Below, piece after piece: positions 26,775 through 34,874 of a DNA stretch of 64,000 nucleotides. The DNA lies in assembly GCA_023954745.1 (NCBI GenBank), contig JAGSHC010000003.1:5395-69394 (forward strand). The letters run 5' to 3'. How positions within the stretch are numbered: the stretch's first letter is position 1; each line of letters starts with the position of its first letter. The notes beneath the pieces were generated by a model. The model saw nothing but the letters and a program-made list of their open reading frames with translations, searched no databases and was not told the DNA's origin. The stretch comes from Deltaproteobacteria bacterium (lineage in GTDB: Bacteria; Myxococcota_A; UBA796; UBA9615). Both the position numbers and the translations under genes were made by a program.

Positions 26775-29700
26775 GCGGCACGACGCGGACTGCGAGGTCG
26801 TAGGGGCCGATGGCACCGTTGGCTCCACCGACGACGACGATGTAGTCGCCGGGGGGCAGGGTGCCGAGCCACATGGCCTCTTCGCCTTCGACCACACCAC
26901 CGCCGACGTTCGCGGCGTAGGCAGCCGTAGCGCGCTCGTCGTCCGGGTCCTCGTTGGAGTCCAGGTCGATGAAGGTCTCGTCGAAGAACGGCACGCTCAC
27001 GTCCCGAGCGAGGTCGCCGGGCAGCAGGTCGAACGTGCCCACGTAGAAGTTCGGGTCGTCGTTCAGGTTCTCCGCCTGACGCTGCGCGATCTGCTCAGCG
27101 AGGTTGATCGGAGAGGCCTCGCCGTCGTCCGGCACGCCGTCCTGGTCGTGGTCCACCGTGCAGTCGAGCAGCGGGTTCGGGCCCGGGCCGACGATCGCGT
27201 CGAAGCCATTGCCCACCACCGGGTCGTTGCTCAGGTTCGCCTGGGCCGCGATGTAGTCCAGCATCGCCAGCGGGTAGAAGAACACCGACGTGCCCGGGAT
27301 GTACGTCCCCGGATCGGGGCACACGCCGAAGCTCGGACCGAAGTCCCACTGCAGGTAGTTGAACGCATCCGGCACGTCGCTCGCCGGCATCACCGCAAGG
27401 AACGGATCCTCCAGCGCGGCGTTCCCTTCCAGGTCGCTGTACCGCCGGTCCACCCACACACCCACCGTCGTCGTCGACGTCAGCGAGAACGAGTACCGGT
27501 CCGTGTCGGCGATCTCGACCTCTTCCTCCTCCGCGGAGTCGTCGTCGTCGCCCACCGGGCCACGAGCCGGGCCCGCGGAGTCGTCGTCGTCACCGAGGGC
27601 GGAGTCGTCGTCGTCGCCCAGGGCGCTGTCGTCGTCGTCACCGAGGGCGCTGTCGTCGTCGTCGCCGGTCGCGTCGTCGTCGTCGTCGTCGTCGCCCAGC
27701 TCGGGGGACGTGGCCGACACCAGCACCTCGAAGCTCTCGGACGGGTCGATGCGGCCGATCACCCGGCGCTCGTAGCCCGTCGGGTCCAGCTCGTTGTTCA
27801 GCAGGTCGCCGAGCTCGCGCACCGTCGTGATCTTCGCTCCATCCACGTCCTCGAGGGTCAGCGCCATCTCGAGCGGGTCGGTGTCCTCGATGCGGATGAC
27901 GTTGCCGAGCAGCTCGCCGCCGCCCTCGGTCTCCACGATGAGGTAGTTCACCGGCTGCTCGAGGCCCGAGATGAGGACCAGCGTGATGCCGCCCTCGCCC
28001 TGCGCGCCGGAGAAGAAGTCCGACTGCGGATGAAACACCATCGTGTCCAGGTTCTCGGTGCGGACACGCTCGTCGAGCTGCTCCACCGCGCCCAACGGAT
28101 CCGTGCCGCCGGCGTAGACCCGGTTGATGCCGCGGACGTTGAAGCCCTGCTGGAAGTCATTCGCTCCGAAGAGCTCACCCGGGACCGGGTTCTCCGGGTC
28201 CTGGACCGTCACTGTCGTGCTGACCTTGTAGTTCGGCACCACCGTGTCAGGCACGAGAAGGCCACCGGCCTCGTTCGTCCGCCCGGACACCGCCATCGCC
28301 GTCGCCCACTGAAGGATGAAGTCCGTCAGCTCCACGTCCCCGATCAGCGCCTGGATCGTGTCCGTCCCCGTCGTCTCCGCGTCGATGATCTGGCTGATCA
28401 CCACGTCCCCGAAGAGGTCGAACAGGTAGCGGGCGAACAGGTACTGGCCGCCGCGGTCTTCGAAGTCGGAGATCTCGTTGTCCGGCAGCAGACCAAACAG
28501 GTGGCTGCGGTCCATGTAGATCCACGCATCCCGGAAGGCGATGGAGCCGAAGCCGGCCATGTCTGCGGCGAGCAGGCCCATGGCGTCGTTCAGCCAGTCG
28601 GCCTCGGCGTCGGGCGCGCTGACGTCGTTCTCGTCCAGCGGGTCGAACAGCTCCTTGGCCACGCCGCGGTGACGGGAGTAGGAGATGAGGTCCTGCAGGG
28701 TCACTGCGATGCGACCGGCCACCTCGAAGTTGAGGTACTCGTCCAGCTGCACCGGGTTGCCCCAGAAGCCCACCGGGTCCGGCGCGTAGATGTAGAGGAC
28801 TTCCTGCTCGTTGGAGAACGGGTTCTCCGTCAGGTTCCGCTCCCACAGGTCGATGTTCGGCTCGCTCAGCGAGCGCACGACGTTGTCCGCGCCCTCGTCC
28901 TCGGAATCGCTGGTCAGCGAGTTGAGGCGGTGCGACAGGAACACCGTCACTCGGCAGTTCTGGTCCACGTCGCTCGGCTCCCCGTACAGCGACGTCAACG
29001 TCGGGTAGATGTTGTCGTCCACGATGTCGACGATCTGCTCGAGGTCGCAGTTGTTGAACCCGAAGGCCGGCAGCGGGTTGGGCTGGATCGGGTTGTTGGG
29101 GTCCGAGCAGTCGAGGTCGACGTCCATCGGCGTCTCCTCATCGACGTAGATGGCGATGGTGTCGCCCAGGGCGCGCAGGTTCGCAGCGCGGGTGATCCGG
29201 TCCTCGGACTCGAGCTCGTTGCGCAGGTAGAAGTTGCGGGCGTCGAAGTTGACGTCGGCCGGGAAGAGATCCGGCGCGCAGGTCGCCAGAGGCGGCTCGA
29301 ACCCAGCGGGCTCACCTGGCGCGTTGCGCTGAGCGGTCCACTTCGCAGCCATCGCCTGCGCCACCTGCTCGGTGATCACCGGCAGCTGAGAGCCCGGCGT
29401 GTTCGCGAACGGCGTCGGCCCCATGGACGCAGGCGCCATCTGCCTTGTTGGCGTACTTCTCGCGCCGTTCGAGGTCCCGCGAGCCATGCCGCTGGCGATC
29501 TCGATCCGGTTCGTCTCGGCGATCTCGGGCAGTCCGTTGGGCCACGCCGAGGCGCCGGCCGCGGCCGGGTTGAGGGGGAGCGGGGCTCCCTCTTCGGGGA
29601 AGTTGGGCTGCGAGGTGGCCGAGATGCGGAAGCCGACGCCGTTGGCGTCCGGGTTCACGAGCACCATCAGGAACTGCGCGCTGAAGTCGTCAGCCTGGGG

Positions 29701-30348
29701 CGGATCGTTGGCCTGGTAGTTGAGGCAGGTGCCATCGGACAGCGGCACGAACGCACGGCCCGCCACCCAGTTGAGCGCCTCGAGGTCCCCCGGCTGGCAG
29801 AACGAGCCGCCGCCGTTGAACGTGTAGTTGTCGACCGGCAGATCGCCGTTGTCCGGCCACACATCGCACGCGTCGTTGCCCGACTCGTCCTCGACGCACG
29901 CCCGCAGCGCGGTCGTCTCCGACGTCACCGGGATGTCGATCGCAGACGCCCACGTCGCCTCCGTCTGCACGTTGAACCCTTCGGTCCCCACGTCCTCGAA
30001 GATCTCGTTCGGCGCCGTCGTGGCGTTGTCCACCGTCGCCGCCGACCAGTTGCTCGACGCGCCCTCCGTCCCGAACTCCAGCCGCAGCGTGTACTGCGAG
30101 CTGTCCTCGTCCGACACCCGGATCACCACGTCCGCCGTGCCCGTCACCGGCAGCGTCGACGGGTCCAGACCCAGGATCTCCACCTCCGGATCGGACGATC
30201 CAACGACGTCGTCGTCGTCGTCCTGCGGGTTCGTCGCGTCGTCGTCGTCGTCGCCCCGGCCATCGCGCGGGAAGATGTCGATCAAGACGGGACTGCACCC
30301 AGTGAGGGAGAAAGCGAAGAGCAAGACGAGCAATCGGCGGAACATCAT
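26758..30348 (-). CDS. Large secreted lipoprotein (1196 aa) with acidic tandem repeats and C-terminal PPC (pre-peptidase C-terminal)-like domain
   Basis: ATGATG start with AGGAGG RBS. MMFRRLLVLLFAFSLTGC lipobox. Poly-Asp linkers. C-terminus GDYIVVVGGANGAIGPYDLAVRVV is PPC-like. ATGA overlap with the upstream anti-sigma stop. Confidence 0.85.
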   Translation of the reverse strand: MMFRRLLVLLFAFSLTGCSPVLIDIFPRDGRGDDDDDATNPQDDDDDVVGSSDPEVEILGLDPSTLPVTGTADVVIRVSDEDSSQYTLRLEFGTEGASSNWSAATVDNATTAPNEIFEDVGTEGFNVQTEATWASAIDIPVTSETTALRACVEDESGNDACDVWPDNGDLPVDNYTFNGGGSFCQPGDLEALNWVAGRAFVPLSDGTCLNYQANDPPQADDFSAQFLMVLVNPDANGVGFRISATSQPNFPEEGAPLPLNPAAAGASAWPNGLPEIAETNRIEIASGMARGTSNGARSTPTRQMAPASMGPTPFANTPGSQLPVITEQVAQAMAAKWTAQRNAPGEPAGFEPPLATCAPDLFPADVNFDARNFYLRNELESEDRITRAANLRALGDTIAIYVDEETPMDVDLDCSDPNNPIQPNPLPAFGFNNCDLEQIVDIVDDNIYPTLTSLYGEPSDVDQNCRVTVFLSHRLNSLTSDSEDEGADNVVRSLSEPNIDLWERNLTENPFSNEQEVLYIYAPDPVGFWGNPVQLDEYLNFEVAGRIAVTLQDLISYSRHRGVAKELFDPLDENDVSAPDAEADWLNDAMGLLAADMAGFGSIAFRDAWIYMDRSHLFGLLPDNEISDFEDRGGQYLFARYLFDLFGDVVISQIIDAETTGTDTIQALIGDVELTDFILQWATAMAVSGRTNEAGGLLVPDTVVPNYKVSTTVTVQDPENPVPGELFGANDFQQGFNVRGINRVYAGGTDPLGAVEQLDERVRTENLDTMVFHPQSDFFSGAQGEGGITLVLISGLEQPVNYLIVETEGGGELLGNVIRIEDTDPLEMALTLEDVDGAKITTVRELGDLLNNELDPTGYERRVIGRIDPSESFEVLVSATSPELGDDDDDDDATGDDDDSALGDDDDSALGDDDDSALGDDDDSAGPARGPVGDDDDSAEEEEVEIADTDRYSFSLTSTTTVGVWVDRRYSDLEGNAALEDPFLAVMPASDVPDAFNYLQWDFGPSFGVCPDPGTYIPGTSVFFYPLAMLDYIAAQANLSNDPVVGNGFDAIVGPGPNPLLDCTVDHDQDGVPDDGEASPINLAEQIAQRQAENLNDDPNFYVGTFDLLPGDLARDVSVPFFDETFIDLDSNEDPDDERATAAYAANVGGGVVEGEEAMWLGTLPPGDYIVVVGGANGAIGPYDLAVRVVPPTWLE
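27534..27697. repeat. Tandem 24-nt repeat array (about 5 units plus one separated copy) inside the lipoprotein CDS, encoding (S/A)ALGDDDD units
   Basis: Units read directly from the sequence: gcggagtcgtcgtcgtcaccgagg / gcggagtcgtcgtcgtcgcccagg / gcgctgtcgtcgtcgtcaccgagg and so on. Confidence 0.8.
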
Positions 30349-31685
30349 CGGATGACCTCCTGGGGGAGAGAAGCTCGGGCGCGCTTGAGCGCGGGCAGCA
30401 ATGGACGGGGGAGGGAACTGTGGGCGATGGCGGCGTCGATGGAGCGGCGCGCGAGGGCGGCGTCACCGAGCTCCTTGGCGCAGAGGCCCAGGAACGCGAA
30501 GGACTTCGCCTGCCGCTCGCCCGAGGTGATCGCCGTCGCCTCTTCGTAGCTGGGGGCGGCGGTGGCGCAGTCCTCGAGGCGGTCGTAGGCGAGGGTCGCG
30601 TGCAGGTAGACGACGTCGGCACGACGCGTGTCGGAGCGGTAGGTGGCGAGCCACATGGCGGCCGCGGCCACCGCCGCCTTCGGGTCTTCGTGCTGGAGCG
30701 CCTCGATGCGGTGCCAGCCGGCTGCCGGAGCCAGAGATCCCACGGGGTAGGTGGCCAGGAAGCGCTCCGCGAGGTCGACGGTGTCAGCCCAGCGCTCCTC
30801 TTCGGCCGCGTCGAGGACCCGTCCAAAGGCGCTCGCCTGGGCGAGGTCGCTCTTCTTCACCAGGGCGGGGTTCGACGGCGTGAGGGCCTCGACCACGGCC
30901 ACAGCCTCGGGCTCTGCGGGGGTCTCGGGGGCCAGGCGAGGGGTGGGGGCCACCACGGGATCTGCGCTCGCAGCCTCAGGTGGGGACATGCCGAGCTCGG
31001 GCGCCTTTGGGTCGCGAGCCTTCGCGTCCGGGGCCTCTCGCGGACTCACGGGCGGACGATCGCCACCGCTGGGGAGCTCGGGCGCTCCATCCGCCGCCCC
31101 TGGCACAGGGCGAACAAGAGACTCCTCCCCAGCGGCGACGCCGCCATTCCAACTCCATGACTCCCCGGCGCCCAGGGTGTGGGAGCCCGCGGGCTCGCTC
31201 ACCGCCACGCGGCCGCGCTCGACAGCGACGCTGCCCTGGTCGTCGACCCAGCTCACCGTGAAGCGCGTGCCCACCACGGACACAGCCACATCCCCTGGGG
31301 CCTGGACGGTGAACGCGCGGAAGGCCCCCTCGGGGTCCACCTCGGCGGTGACGGTGCCGGTCCGCAGGGCGATGACGGTGCCGGCCTCGCCTGCCTCGAG
31401 CGCGGTGGCCTCCCCGTCTCCGGTGAGGGCGATGGACGGGCCGAGCTCGACCGGTTGCTCGCTCAGGGTGAGGGGCGAGCCCGGGGTCGGAGCGGGGCCA
31501 TATCCAGTGGGAGCAAGCAGCAGGAAGCCGACGATGAGAAGGGCGGTTGCGGCTCCTACGGCGGCCCAGAGGGGAGCGCGGGAGGGTGCAGCGCGATCCC
31601 CGGCCCGGACCGCGGCCTGAAGTCGCGCGACCTCGATGTCCGAGGGCTCTGTGGCCTCGCGGGCCCACTGGGGAATCTCGCTCAT
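30345..31685 (-). CDS. FecR-domain anti-sigma factor (single TM, Pro/Ala-rich linker, TPR-like C-terminus)
   Basis: VGTRFTVSWVD FecR motif. TM segment LWAAVGAATALLIVGFLLLA. ATGA overlap with the ECF sigma stop. Confidence 0.8.
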   Translation of the reverse strand: MSEIPQWAREATEPSDIEVARLQAAVRAGDRAAPSRAPLWAAVGAATALLIVGFLLLAPTGYGPAPTPGSPLTLSEQPVELGPSIALTGDGEATALEAGEAGTVIALRTGTVTAEVDPEGAFRAFTVQAPGDVAVSVVGTRFTVSWVDDQGSVAVERGRVAVSEPAGSHTLGAGESWSWNGGVAAGEESLVRPVPGAADGAPELPSGGDRPPVSPREAPDAKARDPKAPELGMSPPEAASADPVVAPTPRLAPETPAEPEAVAVVEALTPSNPALVKKSDLAQASAFGRVLDAAEEERWADTVDLAERFLATYPVGSLAPAAGWHRIEALQHEDPKAAVAAAAMWLATYRSDTRRADVVYLHATLAYDRLEDCATAAPSYEEATAITSGERQAKSFAFLGLCAKELGDAALARRSIDAAIAHSSLPRPLLPALKRARASLPQEVIR

Positions 31686-32224
31686 CCTTCGATCCCCTCG
31701 CGCTTCAGCGCGGCGGCAAAGGCCTTGCGGGCGTGGTGGAGCCGACTGCTGATGGTGCCCTCGGGCACGGCGAGCATCGCGCCGGCCTCCTTGGCGGTGT
31801 GGCCCTCCATGTCCACCAGGACCAGGGCTTCCCGATGGGCGGTGCTGAGCTTGCCGAGGGACCGCTGCACCGCGGCGCGGCGCCGGGCGCTCTCGAGCCG
31901 CTCGGAGGGACCGGGCTCGCTGCTTGGTGGCTCGGGCAGCGAGTCGAAGCCCACGAAGCGACGCAGCGCGGAGCGGCGACGGGCGTTGCGGACGACGTTC
32001 CGGGTGATGGAGAAGAGCCAGGTGCGCTCGCTGGAGTCGCCACGGAAGGTGGACATCCGCCGCAGAGCGACGGTGAACACATCCTGGGCTACGTCTTCAG
32101 CGTGCACGTGAGGGCCTCCGAGCCGAATGACCCACCGCAGCACATCGGCTGCATATTGCTCGCAGAAGCGGGCTCGGGCATCGGTCACGAAGGCTTTGTG
32201 TGCTGGGCCTTCCGAATCCTTCAA
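31682..32224 (-). CDS. ECF-type RNA polymerase sigma-70 factor
   Basis: Region 2 (AEDVAQDVFTVALRR...ERTWLFSITRN) and region 4 (EALVLVDMEGHTAKEAGAMLAVPEGTISSRLHHARK). Start is probably TTG at 32224. Confidence 0.85.
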   Translation of the reverse strand: MKDSEGPAHKAFVTDARARFCEQYAADVLRWVIRLGGPHVHAEDVAQDVFTVALRRMSTFRGDSSERTWLFSITRNVVRNARRRSALRRFVGFDSLPEPPSSEPGPSERLESARRRAAVQRSLGKLSTAHREALVLVDMEGHTAKEAGAMLAVPEGTISSRLHHARKAFAAALKREGIEG

Positions 32225-32231
32225 TCTTTTT

Positions 32232-33149
32232 TCAGGGGCGCGCCGCCCCGCTGCACGGACAGCCGAAGCGCACGCCGAGCTCGCCGTAGATCGTCACTGG
32301 GGACAGGAGGAGCGGCGTCTCCTGCTCTTCGCCCACCCGGACCGCGAGCGACGCGGTGTCGAAGCTCGCTCCGAGCCCACCACCGAAGTCGACCTTGTCT
32401 CCCAAGGGGCCCCACAGCTGCACGCCCACGAAGAGGCCGGGCAGGGTGCGGGTCACGGGCTTGGCGTCCCCACCCTCTGCGCGAAGGACCGCCAGACGGG
32501 CTCCCACTCCGAGAGTGTTCTGCAGCTCCACCCGACCGAGCTGTCCCACCAAGGACGCCGTGGCTCCGAAGAAGACGCGCTGGAGGTTGATTGCCTGGCT
32601 GCCCACCCCGGCACGCTCCCCGAAGCTCGTGCTCACGCGCCCGCCGAGGCGCAGGTGCTTCCAGGCAAAGCCTCCGCCCACGCTCACGTTTCCGGAGGGT
32701 GAGGCGGGACCGAGAGTGAAGCCGCCGTTGGCTGTTGTGGCCGCCGTTGGGAGGCGGGCGCCACCCCCGACGAGCACGATGGCGAAGGGGCCAGGCCGGT
32801 CGTCGCGCTCCGATGCGGGGAGCCAGCTGCTCTCTTGTACGGCGGTGGATCGTAGCCAGCTCCGCACGAGGGCGACCTGCGTGGCGAGGTCTCCGTCCGT
32901 GGGGCTGAAGCGCACGCGGTCGTCGTGCACCAGGGTCAGGGTCGCTCCATCAGAGCTGATGCCCTCACGCCCAAAGTCCGCCTCGCCCAGCAGCACCTCC
33001 ACGGGGTGACCTGGCCAGAGCGCTTCGAGGAGGGCGGCGAGGCGCTCGGCTTCGGCGTCATCCTCCACCCACCAGGGCAGGGCCGAGGCGATGGACGGGA
33101 GGAACAGGGCCAGGAGCAGAGCCCAGGCGAGGGGGGCGAGGCGAGTCAC
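32232..33149 (-). CDS. Hypothetical secreted protein (signal peptide; Gly/β-strand-rich C-terminus, possibly a β-barrel)
   Basis: MTRLAPLAWALLLALFLPSIASALP signal. Ends 7 nt upstream of the ECF sigma start. Confidence 0.65.
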   Translation of the reverse strand: MTRLAPLAWALLLALFLPSIASALPWWVEDDAEAERLAALLEALWPGHPVEVLLGEADFGREGISSDGATLTLVHDDRVRFSPTDGDLATQVALVRSWLRSTAVQESSWLPASERDDRPGPFAIVLVGGGARLPTAATTANGGFTLGPASPSGNVSVGGGFAWKHLRLGGRVSTSFGERAGVGSQAINLQRVFFGATASLVGQLGRVELQNTLGVGARLAVLRAEGGDAKPVTRTLPGLFVGVQLWGPLGDKVDFGGGLGASFDTASLAVRVGEEQETPLLLSPVTIYGELGVRFGCPCSGAARP

Positions 33150-33208
33150 GTCGGGATCAGGGTAGATCGTGCGGAGCGTCTTGACCGCCCTCGTGCGATG
33201 CTCCGGGG

Positions 33209-34162
33209 ATGCGTCATCTCTTGAGCCCCTCCTCCACGACGACCCACGGCGCCTTCTCGCGCGAGCTGCCGCCGGTGCTCATCGTGGACAGCGGAGACAC
33301 CGTGGAGGTGGCGGTCCCCGACGCGGGCTGGCACACGTTCGAGCAGGAGCGTCCGCTGAGCTTCGAGGGCATGGTGAAGCTGCCGTGGGAGCAGCCGGGG
33401 GTGGTGGGGCACTGCCTGATCGGCCCCATCGCCGTGCGCGGGGCGAAGGCCGGGATGGCCCTGGAGATCCGCATCGACGAGGTGGTCCCGGGCAGCTGGG
33501 GCTGGGGAGCAGGCGGGGGCTGGGATTCGCCGCTCAATGCGGCCCTCGGTCTCGGCGAGGGCGCCGAGAGCTGTCGCATCATGTGGGACCTCGACCGTGC
33601 AGCGGGGCTGGCGAGCAATGACTTCGGGGACCGGGTCAAGCTGCGTCCATTTCCCGGCGTCGTGGGGATGCCGCCCCCGGCGCGCGGGAGCCACTCGACC
33701 ATCCCGCCTCGTCGATGGGGAGGAAACCTCGACTGCCGCGAGCTGATCGCCGGCGCGAGCTTGTTCTTGCCGGTGCCGGTGGACGGGGGCCTCCTCTCTC
33801 TGGGAGACGGACACGGGACCCAGGGGGATGGAGAGCTGTCTGGCATCGCCATTGAGTGCCCCATGGAGAAGCTGGTCGTGACGCTCACGCTGCACCCGGA
33901 GCTGTCGCTGTCCCACCCGAGAGCGGTGACGCCGGCGGGCCGCATCACGTTCGGTGTGGCTCCCACGCTGGACCGCGCCGCCTCCATCGCGGTGGACGGC
34001 ATGCTGAGCTGGATGGGTGAGATCTGGGGACTGACCCGCTCGAGGGCGCTGGCCCTGGCGAGCCTGGCTGTGGACCTGCGGGTGACCCAGGCGGTGAACG
34101 GCGTGCTCGGTGCGCACGCGGTGCTGGTCGAGGACCGGCTCGTGCAGGTGGGGCCTGGGTGA
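33209..34162 (+). CDS. Acetamidase/formamidase (FmdA/AmdA) family protein
   Basis: GDGHGTQGDGE motif and family-typical length. Confidence 0.8.
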   Translation: MRHLLSPSSTTTHGAFSRELPPVLIVDSGDTVEVAVPDAGWHTFEQERPLSFEGMVKLPWEQPGVVGHCLIGPIAVRGAKAGMALEIRIDEVVPGSWGWGAGGGWDSPLNAALGLGEGAESCRIMWDLDRAAGLASNDFGDRVKLRPFPGVVGMPPPARGSHSTIPPRRWGGNLDCRELIAGASLFLPVPVDGGLLSLGDGHGTQGDGELSGIAIECPMEKLVVTLTLHPELSLSHPRAVTPAGRITFGVAPTLDRAASIAVDGMLSWMGEIWGLTRSRALALASLAVDLRVTQAVNGVLGAHAVLVEDRLVQVGPG

Positions 34163-34192
34163 TCTGCCCGTCTCAACGCGAAGGAGCAGCCC

Positions 34193-34858
34193 ATGACTGC
34201 CCGCCTCTCTGGAGCTGATCCGCTCCCCGACGTGGGCGACGTCACCGCGGAGAACCCGCTGGTGGTCGTGGTGAGCGCGTGTCTGCTGGGCCAGGAGGTG
34301 GCCTACGACGGCAGCGCCTTCCCGTCGGACCCGGTGCAGGCGATCTGCGCGCTCCCCAATGTATCCGCCCACTCGCTCTGCCCCGAGGCCGTGCAGCTGG
34401 GCACCCCTCGCCGTTGGATGAGCATCCACCATGGCGACGGGTACGGCGTCCTCGATGCCACGGCCAAGGTCGTCAATGTGGATGGGCGGGACATCAGTGA
34501 TGCGTTCCGCCTCGGGGCAATGAACATGCTGCAGCTGGCACGGCGCCACGGCGCGGTCCTCGCCATCCTCACGGACATCAGTCCTTCGTGCGGCTCCACG
34601 GTGGTCTACGACGGAAGCGCGACAGAGCAGCCGGCGTACCAAGCGTCCAGCGGAGTGACGGCAGCCCTGCTGCGTCGACACGGGATCCCCGTCATCTCCC
34701 AGCGCGACTTCGCGACGCTCTCCCGACTGCGCGCTGCCCTGGATCCGACCCACGAAGTGGACGCGGCCGCCAGGGACCACGTCGACGGGGAGTGGTACCA
34801 GCAGACGTTCGTGCATCCGGTGCCCGAGGGTCCCGAGCCGACCTTCGAGGAGGCGTAG
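34193..34858 (+). CDS. DUF523 (2-thiouracil desulfurase TudS-like) family protein
   Basis: AAGGAG RBS. Conserved Cys pattern VSACLLG...CALP...SPSCGS. Confidence 0.75.
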   Translation: MTARLSGADPLPDVGDVTAENPLVVVVSACLLGQEVAYDGSAFPSDPVQAICALPNVSAHSLCPEAVQLGTPRRWMSIHHGDGYGVLDATAKVVNVDGRDISDAFRLGAMNMLQLARRHGAVLAILTDISPSCGSTVVYDGSATEQPAYQASSGVTAALLRRHGIPVISQRDFATLSRLRAALDPTHEVDAAARDHVDGEWYQQTFVHPVPEGPEPTFEEA

Positions 34859-34874
34859 TCCCCTCATTCACAGC

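Noticed and set aside
33146-34867. 573-aa minus-strand ORF covering the formamidase and DUF523 genes.
   Set aside because: Antisense to motif-bearing genes (GDGHGTQGDGE; DUF523 Cys pattern). Junk-like composition.
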